Assembly: GCA_035286285.1 (NCBI GenBank)
Contig: JAYKJG010000348.1
Coordinates: 1 to 24,000 of the forward strand
DNA length: 24,000 nt
Reading direction: 5' to 3'
From: Prochlorothrix sp.
GTDB taxonomy: Bacteria; Cyanobacteriota; Cyanobacteriia; Prochlorotrichales; Prochlorotrichaceae
Below, in pieces: positions 1 to 7,338 of this stretch; position 1 is the first letter of the stretch; every line of letters begins with the position of its first letter. The position numbers and the translations under genes are program-made. The notes under the pieces were generated by a model, which saw nothing but the letters and a program-made list of their open reading frames with translations, ran no database searches and was not told the DNA's origin.

Positions 1-52
1 ACACTCGTAGTGCGGACTTTAGTCCGTACCGGAGCAACAGTGAAATACACCC
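1..52 (+). repeat. Right-hand end of a hairpin-array MITE-like element, truncated by the window edge
   Basis: The sequence ctcgtagtgcggactttagtccgta followed by gcaacagtgaaatacaccc matches the last hairpin unit plus terminal motif seen at 2940-2990 (cccgtagtacggactttagtccgta ... gcaaaagtgaaatgcacccc). Orientation is the same. Confidence 0.6.
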
Positions 53-219
53 GCTTGACGAGGGTCCGCACGGGGGCGCAACCCCTACCCGATGTCGGTA
101 GGCCATCAAGGGTCAGGATCTGGATCCGACAGCAGCGGGGCTGGCCGCTACGATCCTGACTGGTGCGGCACGACCGCCCCAAGTGAGCCTCAAGACCCCG
201 ATGCAAGCCCTAGCAGGGG

Positions 220-1125
220 TTAATATTTGCCCCGATCGCCCGGAGTATCAGAAACCACTGCCTTTTCGATGAACTGGATAATTTTTCCAGCCACATTGAT
301 TCCCGTTGCCTCCTCAATGCCCTCCAGTCCCGGCGAGGAATTAACCTCCATCACCACTGGGCCATGGTTCGATCGCAGAATATCCACCCCCGCAACCCGT
401 AGCCCCATCGCCTTAGCCGCCCGAATAGCCGTACTGCGCTCCTCCGGCGTGAGCTTGATTTTTTCCGCCGTCCCTCCCCGGTGCAGGTTCGATCGAAACT
501 CCCCCGGTGCCCCTTGGCGTTTCATCGCTGCCACAACCTTTTCCCCCACCACAAAACAGCGAATATCTGTCCCTCCTGCCTCGGCAATAAACTCCTGCAC
601 CAAAATATTGGCATCTAAACCCCGGAAGGCTTCAATAACCGACTTGGCCGCATGATAGGTCTCCGCTAAGACCACCCCAATGCCCTGGGTTCCCTCCAGC
701 ATCTTGATCACCAGCGGTGCCCCCCCCACAATATCAATCAACCCGTCAATATCCTTGGTGGAGTGGGCAAACCCCGTCACCGGCAGACCAATCCCCTGTT
801 TAGCCAAGATCTGGAGACACCGCAGCTTATCCCGCGATCGGGAAATTGCCTGGGAAGGATTACTGGTGTAGACCCCCATCATCTCGAACTGCCGCACCAC
901 CGCAGTGCCATAAAAAGTACGGGACGCAGCAATGCGGGGAATAACGGCATCAATATCCTCTAGGGGTTTTCCTTGATAGACGACTTGGGGACGGTGGGCC
1001 GTGATATTCATATAGCAACGCAGATAGTCAATGACCTTAATTTCATGGCCTGCGGCTTCTCCAGCTTCTTTCAAGCGGCGGGTGGAGTATAGTGAAGCTT
1101 TTTGGGAGAGAATGGCAAATTTCAC
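220..1125 (-). CDS. rimK: RimK-type ATP-grasp ligase (ribosomal protein S6 glutamate ligase family)
   Basis: 301-aa ORF. The whole length resembles RimK (MKFAILS..., [72 protein letters not shown]...[17 protein letters not shown]). GTG start at 1125 with a GGAGA Shine-Dalgarno sequence 8 nt upstream (1134-1138 on the minus strand). Confidence 0.9.
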   Translation of the reverse strand: MKFAILSQKASLYSTRRLKEAGEAAGHEIKVIDYLRCYMNITAHRPQVVYQGKPLEDIDAVIPRIAASRTFYGTAVVRQFEMMGVYTSNPSQAISRSRDKLRCLQILAKQGIGLPVTGFAHSTKDIDGLIDIVGGAPLVIKMLEGTQGIGVVLAETYHAAKSVIEAFRGLDANILVQEFIAEAGGTDIRCFVVGEKVVAAMKRQGAPGEFRSNLHRGGTAEKIKLTPEERSTAIRAAKAMGLRVAGVDILRSNHGPVVMEVNSSPGLEGIEEATGINVAGKIIQFIEKAVVSDTPGDRGKY

Positions 1126-1183
1126 GGTTTAAATCTCCGATGGCGGCCAGTGGGCAAGAGCGAACCTCAATTGTCCAACAGGA

Positions 1184-1212
1184 GTGCAACGGGTGTGCAA
1201 CGAGTGTGCAAC
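1184..1212. promoter_or_regulatory. Three GTGCAAC heptamers at exact 11-bp phasing in the gap between the protease gene and rimK; candidate protein-binding site
   Basis: GTGCAAC occurs at 1184-1190, 1195-1201 and 1206-1212 (ggaGTGCAACgggtGTGCAACgagtGTGCAACc). This lies in the 148-bp gap upstream of the rimK start. There is no direct evidence of function. Confidence 0.3.
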
Positions 1213-1273
1213 CGCAGTCCCACAGGTTTGGCAAGTAGGTGATCCCCACCCAACGCCTTAGCCCCTGCTCAGA

Positions 1274-1723
1274 CTAGGAACCTTGAATGAAGGAACGCCC
1301 CGGATCAATTAAAAACCGTTTCCGTACTCCTTGACGACCGAGCAGCATTCGGAAACCCATTACGTCACGGTTGGTGAGGGTGAGTTCGAGGGGCCACTGT
1401 TGATCGCCAAGGACAATTGTCGTCTGGATCACTGGTCGCTGTTGGAGGTAACCGTTGGAGCTACGAATTGCGCGATATTCCAGCAGGGGAGCCGTAGCGA
1501 CGATGGTCGGCTTGCTCTTGCGCTGACGGGGATGCACACTAAAGCGGACGAGGGTTTGACCCGTTCCAGCCTCCAAAACGGTGTGAATATCGAAGGCATG
1601 GAGGGCAGAGGAACGGGCACCTGTATCAATTTTGGCTTTAATGCGATCGAGGCCCAGATCGGGTAATGCAACCCATTCGCGCCAGCCTAACAGGGGTAAA
1701 GCACGGGTCGATTTCAAAACCAT
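1274..1723 (-). CDS. Retropepsin-like aspartic protease of the RimK-associated family (annotated 'ATP-dependent zinc protease', COG4067; RimB-like)
   Basis: 149-aa ORF with the aspartic-protease signature IDTGARSSALHA. Size and position directly upstream of rimK fit this family. Its ATG (1723-1721) directly abuts the TAA of the upstream gene (1726-1724). Confidence 0.8.
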   Translation of the reverse strand: MVLKSTRALPLLGWREWVALPDLGLDRIKAKIDTGARSSALHAFDIHTVLEAGTGQTLVRFSVHPRQRKSKPTIVATAPLLEYRAIRSSNGYLQQRPVIQTTIVLGDQQWPLELTLTNRDVMGFRMLLGRQGVRKRFLIDPGRSFIQGS

Positions 1724-2794
1724 TTAGCTTTCGGGCTGAGAATTGGGCTTTTTAAGCTGATGGAGCAGAAACTTGGCCAAAAATACAGTTCCAGCACCCA
1801 GAACCAGCCAGTAGGGACTGTAAACCACTAGCCAAATCGCCAAAACCACCACTCCCCGCGTTACTGCACTGAGGGAACGGGTCGATCGCTGCCATGCTAA
1901 GGACAAATCCTGTCCCCAGGAGCGCTCTAGGGGCTGGAGCACACTGACCGGCTCCGTTAGGGCAAGGTAAACCGTCGAGTAAGCAACCTGGGTTTGGAGG
2001 CTCTGTAGCTGGGCTTTAATTTGCTCGATTTGCTCTCGAATTCGGGCTAACTCCTGGGTAACCTGGAGAATTTCCCCCACATCCCCCGATCGCTCCATAA
2101 TCCCCAAGGTCAGCGCCTCAGCCTTTTCCAAATTCCGCAGCCGTGCCCCAAAATCCACCAGTTGCTCCGACACATCCTGGGCCGAAATCCGCTGATTGGT
2201 CACTTTCCCTAGGGCTGAAAACTGCTCTAGGGCCACGTCAAGCCGCTCCTGGGGCACCCGCACTTCTAAATAAGCCGAATGGGGCATATCCTCATTGAGG
2301 GGCACCTGATCCTCTAAACTCAGCACATCACCCTGGTTTTGGCGCACCTGCTGCACCAATTGACTCAAGGCTTCAGCAGTATCCTCCACTTGCAAATCTA
2401 GGTGAGCAGTTTTGATCAGTTGGGGGGCACTGCGGGGAGCACTGGGGAGGCCATTGGCTGCTGGGGTTGCTGCGTCGGGAGTCGCTGCGTTGGAGGGTGC
2501 TGCGTCGGGGGGTGCTGCTGCCGGTGCGGTAGGGGCTTGGCTCAGCAACAGGTCTTCAGACTGCTCCGGCTCAGCGAGGGTTTGCAGGGCGGGGGCTTCA
2601 GTGGCCCGATCGGCGGCAATTTCAGGGGCCGATCCGGCCTCCATCCTGGCTTTGTTGGCGGTACTGGCGCAGGCCGTGGTGACGGTCAGACCCAGGAGGC
2701 TGGCCAGCAGGAGGCGGTGCGGACGGAAACGGGCAGCGGACGATCGGGGCGGGGAAGGTGGCGCAAAGGCCGATCGGGGAGCGTGTGGAACCAT
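1724..2794 (-). CDS. DUF4349-like protein: signal or lipoprotein-like N-terminus, Ala/Pro-rich linker, coiled-coil core, C-terminal TM helices
   Basis: 356-aa ORF. The N-terminus LLASLLGLTVTTAC is lipobox-like. A low-complexity PTAPAAAPPDAAPSNAATPDAATPAA linker follows. The core LDLQVEDTAEALSQLVQQV...YLEVRVPQERLDVALEQFSALGKV...DVSEQLVDFGARLRNLEKAE...YSTVYLALTEP matches my memory of DUF4349. Two hydrophobic helices sit at the C-terminus. Confidence 0.7.
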   Translation of the reverse strand: MVPHAPRSAFAPPSPPRSSAARFRPHRLLLASLLGLTVTTACASTANKARMEAGSAPEIAADRATEAPALQTLAEPEQSEDLLLSQAPTAPAAAPPDAAPSNAATPDAATPAANGLPSAPRSAPQLIKTAHLDLQVEDTAEALSQLVQQVRQNQGDVLSLEDQVPLNEDMPHSAYLEVRVPQERLDVALEQFSALGKVTNQRISAQDVSEQLVDFGARLRNLEKAEALTLGIMERSGDVGEILQVTQELARIREQIEQIKAQLQSLQTQVAYSTVYLALTEPVSVLQPLERSWGQDLSLAWQRSTRSLSAVTRGVVVLAIWLVVYSPYWLVLGAGTVFLAKFLLHQLKKPNSQPES

Positions 2795-2833
2795 AGGTCA
2801 CCTCACAACGGGGCAAGAACAGAAAAACCAAGA

Positions 2834-2990
2834 GGGTACATTTCACTTTGCAGCAACCCAGACCCTGACCAGTCTCAAAAGGCCCGTAGTACGGACTTTA
2901 GTCCGTAAAAGCCCGTAGTACGGACTTTAGTCCGTAAAGGCCCGTAGTACGGACTTTAGTCCGTATCTTGGCAAAAGTGAAATGCACCCC
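2834..2990 (+). mobile_element. MITE-like non-autonomous element: imperfect terminal inverted repeats enclosing 3 tandem 29-bp hairpin units
   Basis: The left end gggtacatttcactttgc (2834-2851) is the reverse complement of the right end gcaaaagtgaaatgcacccc (2971-2990), with one mismatch and one indel. Inside, gcccgtagtacggactttagtccgtaaa(a/g) starts at 2882, 2911 and 2940. Each unit holds the palindrome TACGGACT-TT-AGTCCGTA. No coding capacity and no clear target-site duplication were seen. Confidence 0.65.
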
Positions 2991-3155
2991 AGCAGAACTG
3001 GGCTAATGGAAGATTGGGCCAACTACAGCGGCCAGCGCATCCACTCGATACGTTAGTGCCCAGTATGGCGGCAATCTGGACCGATGCTCCTAGGGTTACA
3101 TTTTCTGCAACAAACCCTGCTCTACCGTCCCATGCCCCCAGCCGGTTTAAACAGC

Positions 3156-3187
3156 AAAAAGCCCAAGGCGTGAACCCTAGGCTTTTT
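3156..3187. terminator. Bidirectional rho-independent terminator downstream of tRNA-Pro
   Basis: aaaaaGCCCAAGGcgtgaaCCCTAGGCttttt is an imperfect GC-rich stem flanked by an A-run and a T-run, so either strand reads hairpin plus U-tract. It lies 23 nt after the tRNA 3' end on the minus strand. Confidence 0.6.
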
Positions 3188-3209
3188 GCGGAGTTGAAGT
3201 ATTCGCCAA

Positions 3210-3283
3210 TCGGAGCGGCGGGATTTGAACCCACGACCCCCACTACCCCAAAGTGGTGCGCTACCAAGCTGCGCTACGCCCCG
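3210..3283 (-). tRNA. tRNA-Pro (anticodon GGG)
   Basis: The reverse complement reads CGGGGCGTAGCGCAGCTTGGTAGCGCACCACTTTGGGGTAGTGGGGGTCGTGGGTTCAAATCCCGCCGCTCCGA. The 7-bp acceptor stem CGGGGCG/CGCTCCG has one G-U pair. The D-arm is GCGCAGCTTGGTAGCGC. The anticodon stem is CCACT/AGTGG with loop TTGGGGT, giving anticodon GGG. The T-arm is GTGGGTTCAAATCCCGC. The discriminator is A and CCA is not encoded. Confidence 0.93.
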
Positions 3284-3335
3284 TGACAGAATTCAATCAT
3301 AACATGGGGTGATCCGATTTGCTACAAAAATTTTT

Positions 3336-3550
3336 GGGGTGCATTTCACATTTGCCACGGGACGGACTAAAGTCCGCACTACGGGCCTTTACGGACTAAA
3401 GTCCGTACTACGAGCCTTTACGGACTAAAGTCCGTACTACGGGCTTTTACGGACTAAAGTCCGTACTACGGGCTTTTACGGACTAAAGTCCGTACTACGG
3501 GCCTTTTGAGACTGGTCAGGGGCTGGGCTGCTCCAAAGTGAAATGCACCC
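3336..3550 (-). mobile_element. Second copy of the hairpin-array MITE-like element, inverted relative to 2834-2990, with 5 hairpin units
   Basis: It starts with ggggtgcatttcacatttgcc (3336-3356). Units of acggactaaagtccgtactacgggc(c/t)ttt begin at 3362, 3391, 3420, 3449 and 3478. It ends with gagactggtcaggggctgggctgctccaaagtgaaatgcaccc (to 3550). The reverse complement aligns with the left copy, including the ctgaccagtctcaaaagg internal segment. The 58-bp length difference equals two 29-bp units. Confidence 0.65.
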
Positions 3551-3769
3551 AATTGGGGTTGGTTTCACTGGACCTTACCTGGATTTCACCGGATCTCGCT
3601 TGAATTCTGCCTGAACTTCGCTTAAACTCGCCTAGCCCTTAGTTTAGGGGTATCTCAACTCGCCCTTGATAATGTTCTGCTGCCGTGACCTAGCACCATT
3701 GCGCTGAGCCAACCCAGCCGCCCCAGTCTGGGGAATCGAGATACCCACAGGTTAACGATCTGGCTCAGC

Positions 3770-4609
3770 CTATCCCCGGTTCCAGGACACACCCTGGGCC
3801 ACTAGGATCTGTTCGGCCTTGGTTATCCAAGCAAAGGGGAAACCGGCATCACGGTAGAGGGTAGCCGGGATCTTGTCCTTAATTTCTGCATGGAACTGGG
3901 GCAGTTCGCTCCAGTGGCGGCCACATTGGACGTGGTGAGCCGTGTGGTAGCCCAGGTTGCAGGTGAAAAAGTTGTACCAGCGATCGGTGATGTTATAGGT
4001 CGCTTTGTAGGGATCTTCCTCATCCAAACCTGCATGGTGCTCATAGGTGACATAGGCCGTCATAAAGAGCAAAAATACCATGGGAAATACAAATTGGATC
4101 AGGGTATTGACCCAGTTCACGGAAGCCAGAGCCAAAAGAACGATCGCCGTTACTACCATGTTTTGGAGGAGCTTAACCCGGATTTTGGGATACTTTTCGC
4201 CCACCTTTAAGGCTTTAGGATAAGCTTGAGTTGTAACGGTCCAGGCATATTCTAGGGGGGGCATTGTCCGGCCTTTCTCGTCTTTCCAGGCGGACTCATC
4301 CTTGGTTTGGTCGAGGTAGTTAACGTGGTGACCAAAGGTATGGTGCAGAACCCAGGCTTCGCCGACAATTCCTGTTTGCAACCCCATCGCGAGTTCCAGG
4401 GCGCGATTGGCCCACTCTGGATAGAAAAACTTGAGGTGCTGGTGGTGGTGATTCCAGCAACAAATCCAACCCTTAATATTTAAGCTAATCAACATCCAAA
4501 TGATGGGGATAAGGGGGGAAGGGCTAAAGAAGAAAACCGCTAAATCGACTCCTAGCACCACAAGGATTGCTGCAATCAGATAAGCGTCTATTTTTTTTCT
4601 CAAGAACAT
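3770..4609 (-). CDS. Membrane di-iron fatty-acid desaturase/hydroxylase family protein
   Basis: Three histidine boxes are present (WNHHHQH, HHTFGHH, HTAHHV) with hydrophobic helices between them. The ORF track starts at 4675. I prefer the ATG at 4609 (MFLRKKIDAYLIAAILVV...), which sits just before the first TM helix. Confidence 0.85.
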   Translation of the reverse strand: MFLRKKIDAYLIAAILVVLGVDLAVFFFSPSPLIPIIWMLISLNIKGWICCWNHHHQHLKFFYPEWANRALELAMGLQTGIVGEAWVLHHTFGHHVNYLDQTKDESAWKDEKGRTMPPLEYAWTVTTQAYPKALKVGEKYPKIRVKLLQNMVVTAIVLLALASVNWVNTLIQFVFPMVFLLFMTAYVTYEHHAGLDEEDPYKATYNITDRWYNFFTCNLGYHTAHHVQCGRHWSELPQFHAEIKDKIPATLYRDAGFPFAWITKAEQILVAQGVSWNRG

Positions 4610-5279
4610 TGTGGACCAAAATGGATGAACAAGGTTGTCGCAATGATACGATCGGTATCCCACGATCGAGGGCAATCTAGGGATTCAGGAGCAAAATGTT
4701 CGCTCCCTGTCCTAACCCTGTGAGAGTCCCGGTCAAAAAGGAGACTGCCCCCTAGACGATCGCGAGGATTTCCGCGCTAAAGCAACATTGAGGTTGTTTT
4801 TCAAACACTGAAACTGCGTCAGATAGTGAAGCAACTTGATGTGTTCAGCGATGCCCCTAGGGACAATCCGCAGAGGGGTCAGATCGGCTCAGTTGAAAGA
4901 AAGGTCGATCGGCAAGGATAGCTCTGATTCCCAGCCATGGCAGGCCCCCGTCAAGATACAGCAAAAACACTGACAAGGGTCGGGGGAAGGTGGGAGCTAA
5001 ACAGCCCTAGGAATAATCTTTTTGTTATTGTAGGGGGTTTTGGGCTAAGGGGGGAGGGTTGGGAGCATCTCACTTTCCCAGGGTGCATCTGCAACCGTAG
5101 GACGTGACCCCCATCCCTCGGCCCCATCTACCCTTTGGGAGAAAGGGAACTCGATCTTTCCCCGTCCCTCGCCCCGGTCCCTAAGCGAAGTCGAAGGGGG
5201 GAGAGGGATTGAGGGTGAGGGCTTCTCAACCGGGGTACGCCCCTTGGGCGGGTTAAGCGCGTCAGTGGGAGCAATTCCC

Positions 5280-5300
5280 CCAGGGTTGCCCTGGTTTTGG
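5280..5300. terminator. Hairpin CCAGGG-TTG-CCCTGG followed by TTTTGGTT on the + strand, just beyond the stop of the minus-strand gene at 5313
   Basis: The 6-bp stem is perfect (5280-5285 / 5289-5294). The T-tract is on the + strand only. It could end the minus-strand gene without a U-tract, or end an unannotated + strand transcript from the 4676-5312 ORF-free region. Confidence 0.3.
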
Positions 5301-5312
5301 TTCCAGATGAAG

Positions 5313-6086
5313 TTAGGCTTTCCGGGACTCCCTGAGGCCAGTCCAGCCCATCAGAGCATAGCCGATCGCCAGCAGAAAGCTCGTGACCGCCGTGCGAACA
5401 CCCGCTTTAACCGCCCGCTCCTTGGCTTGGCGCTCCGCATTGCTTTTTTGGTCTTGAATCGTTTTCTCAGCTTCTTGACGACCGGCCTCAGCCTGTTGGG
5501 TCAAATACTCGTCTAGGCTGTTGGGTTGATCCCGAAACTGCTGGAGCAGGGTGGCCTCATCAACGGAAAGTTGGCCACTGCTGATGGCCTGGTTCAGTTG
5601 TTGCTCGTTTTTAATCAAGGCCGTAATCCGGGTGCGCTGCTGCTCAACTTGAGCCTTTAACTCCTCTTGGGCTTGGGTGGTGAGGGTGTCGGCCTGGGTT
5701 TGGATGCTTTCTAGGGTTGCAGCCCGTTCTGCAAAACTATTGCGCAGATGGAGGGGAACGCAGAGCAAAAAGAGGAGACTTAACAGACTGGCCAGCAGAA
5801 AGGCAAACATCCGCAGCGGCAGACGGGAGAGGGTCTGGCTGAGGGGGGTGGGCACCTGTTCCGCTGTCCAGTAGCCAACCAGCAATAGGGTCATGCCCAC
5901 CAAGGGAACAATGCCCCGATCGACGGCGGTCGAAACAACCTGCATTTGCCACTGTTGTTCCTTAAACTGGGGCCACAGCAGAAAAGCGGCGTAGTCTAAC
6001 AACACCGACAGCACCATAATGGAGCCAACCAAAGTCAAACTGAGGGGGGTAATTGAGGCCAGTTGTCGTTGACTGCCAGATTTCAT
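5313..6086 (-). CDS. Membrane protein with about 4 N-terminal TM helices and a C-terminal Gln/Glu-rich coiled coil (possibly HpsJ family)
   Basis: The long ORF has coherent TM plus coiled-coil organisation (LSLTLVGSIMVLSVLLDYAAFLLWP..., VDRGIVPLVGMTLLLVGYW..., then QAQEELKAQVEQQRTRITALIKNEQQLNQ...). I prefer the start at ATG 6086 (MKSGSQRQ...). The 46 codons upstream in the track ORF look non-coding. The HpsJ name comes from memory of similar cyanobacterial annotations only. Confidence 0.75.
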   Translation of the reverse strand: MKSGSQRQLASITPLSLTLVGSIMVLSVLLDYAAFLLWPQFKEQQWQMQVVSTAVDRGIVPLVGMTLLLVGYWTAEQVPTPLSQTLSRLPLRMFAFLLASLLSLLFLLCVPLHLRNSFAERAATLESIQTQADTLTTQAQEELKAQVEQQRTRITALIKNEQQLNQAISSGQLSVDEATLLQQFRDQPNSLDEYLTQQAEAGRQEAEKTIQDQKSNAERQAKERAVKAGVRTAVTSFLLAIGYALMGWTGLRESRKA

Positions 6087-6283
6087 AGCGTTGTGCAGAA
6101 AAGAGGGATTGAGAAGACTGAAACCAGAAAGAGGGGGGGGTACGGCTCCCTGGGAACCGAGCCAGCAAGGGGTCGAAGCTAGCCCTGTTGGCAAATGGGC
6201 CTCTGGCCCGTCACACCCAGCCAAAGGCAGGGAATCCCGAAGGGGGAGCAGGCCATGGAGATGCCTGTTTTTGCGGCGATGCG

Positions 6284-6367
6284 GCTCAGTTTAGACCGCT
6301 CAGTTTAGACCGCTCAGTTTAGACCGCTCAATTTAGACCGCTTAGTTTAGACCGCTCAGTTTACGCC
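6284..6367. repeat. Six tandem copies of a 14-bp unit GCTCAGTTTAGACC
   Basis: Copies start at 6284, 6298, 6312, 6326 (gctcaatttagacc), 6340 (gcttagtttagacc) and 6354 (gctcagtttacgcc). They lie in the divergent intergenic region between the 5313-6086 gene and pgl. Confidence 0.9.
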
Positions 6368-6496
6368 TCTGAAATACTACCCCGGAACGGCCAACCCCGT
6401 CAGGGGCCGAGGGAGGTCTTAATATTTCCAGAAATTCTGGGGCAGAGGTTGGCATTAGCCCTTAGGGTTTTAGGCAGTCCAAAGCCTTAAGCCCCT

Positions 6497-6552
6497 GCCG
6501 CTGTGGCCTTGCCGCTGTGGCCTTGCTGCTGTGACCTTGCTGCTGTGACCTT
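6497..6552. repeat. Four tandem copies of a second 14-bp unit (GCCGCTGTGGCCTT x2, GCTGCTGTGACCTT x2)
   Basis: Copies are at 6497-6510, 6511-6524, 6525-6538 and 6539-6552, immediately upstream of the preferred pgl start. The track ORF start at 6503 reads through this array (MALPLWPCCCDLAAVTFAG...), which looks non-genic. Confidence 0.85.
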
Positions 6553-6568
6553 TGCTGGTTGTGTTGCC

Positions 6569-7300
6569 ATGCCTAACCCTCCCATCCGTGAAATTCTGCT
6601 TGATCGTGCTGCTTTGGTCTCCCGCGCTTTGGCGTTAGTGGTGGCCCAAGTCCACCAGGCGATCGCCGATCGGGGCCGCTGTACCCTAGCCCTAGCCGGA
6701 GGCAGTACCCCCCAACCGCTCTACGAAGCCCTTGCCCAGCAGGACTTACCTTGGGACAAACTCCATATTTTTTGGGGCGATGAGCGCTATGTGGCCCCCA
6801 CCCATCCCGACAGCAACGAGGGCATGGCCCGTGCTGCATGGCTCGATCGGGTGCCCTTTCCGCCGGAGAATCTACACCCGATGCCCACGGGGGCCGGGGA
6901 TCCTGGGGTAGATGCCGATCGCCATGAACAGGAGATTCGAGACTTTTTCCAGGTTGCGGCGGGGGAATTCCCGGCCCTGGATCTTGTCCTGTTGGGCATG
7001 GGACCGGATGGCCATACGGCTTCGCTCTTTCCCCACACCGCAGCGCTGACCGTGGCCGATCGCTGCGTCACCGTCGGCAATAAAGGCGAGGATCCCCGCA
7101 TTACCCTAACCTATCCGATTTTGAATCAGTCCCAGTTGGTGCTTTTCTTGGTGACAGGGGAGAATAAACAACCGGCCCTGCGGGAGATTTTCTCGCCAAC
7201 GGGGGACGATCGCCAGTATCCCGCCCGTGCCCTCCGCCCCCAAGGTCAACTGTACTGGCTCTTGGATGCGGCGGCGGGGGCTGCCTTTGGTCCCGAATAG
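6569..7300 (+). CDS. pgl: 6-phosphogluconolactonase
   Basis: Family motifs are LALAGGSTPQPLYEAL, WDKLHIFWGDERYV, DLVLLGMGPDGHTASLFP and LVTGENKQPAL. I prefer the start at ATG 6569 (MPNPPIREI...). Confidence 0.92.
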   Translation: MPNPPIREILLDRAALVSRALALVVAQVHQAIADRGRCTLALAGGSTPQPLYEALAQQDLPWDKLHIFWGDERYVAPTHPDSNEGMARAAWLDRVPFPPENLHPMPTGAGDPGVDADRHEQEIRDFFQVAAGEFPALDLVLLGMGPDGHTASLFPHTAALTVADRCVTVGNKGEDPRITLTYPILNQSQLVLFLVTGENKQPALREIFSPTGDDRQYPARALRPQGQLYWLLDAAAGAAFGPE

Positions 7301-7338
7301 ACGCTTTTGAGGTTATAGTCGGGCTGCTGAGCCTATTT

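Noticed and set aside
227-2918. Antisense or alternative-frame ORFs within rimK, the protease gene and the DUF4349 gene (for example 227-655, 1331-1666, 2402-2908, 2412-2918)
   Set aside because: These are shadow ORFs typical of GC-rich coding regions. Their translations are Arg/Pro/Gly/Ala-rich without motifs, while the opposite-strand ORFs have clear family signatures. The same reasoning applies to the many short ORFs inside the ABC, GTPase, GGDEF and kinase genes (for example 19033-19383, 23264-23680).
2956-3286. Track ORFs 2956-3267 (minus) and 3014-3286 (plus) as protein-coding genes
   Set aside because: They overlap the tRNA-Pro gene, its terminator and element sequence. Their translations are low-complexity and carry no recognisable motif. 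They are most likely spurious.
2882-3506. Possible CRISPR arrays, because of the regular 29-bp palindromic repeats
   Set aside because: The units are directly abutting with no unique spacers between them. No cas genes are nearby. They sit inside elements with terminal inverted repeats, so they are tandem hairpin arrays and not CRISPR.
5108-5222. A G/C-rich patch (ccctttgggagaaaggg hairpin; tccctcgcccc ... gagggattgagggtgaggg) as a dispersed repeat element
   Set aside because: It resembles short GC-rich palindromic repeats common in cyanobacterial intergenic DNA. Only one copy is in this window, so membership of a family cannot be shown here.
6087-6224. N-terminal extensions given by the ORF track (6224 for the membrane protein; likewise 4675 for the desaturase, 6503 for pgl, 19966 for FHA, 13726 for DUF262, 8986 for GT2)
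   Set aside because: The extensions are low-complexity, run through repeats, or use non-ATG codons. Internal ATGs sit immediately before the first conserved or hydrophobic segment. The shorter starts are preferred but not proven.
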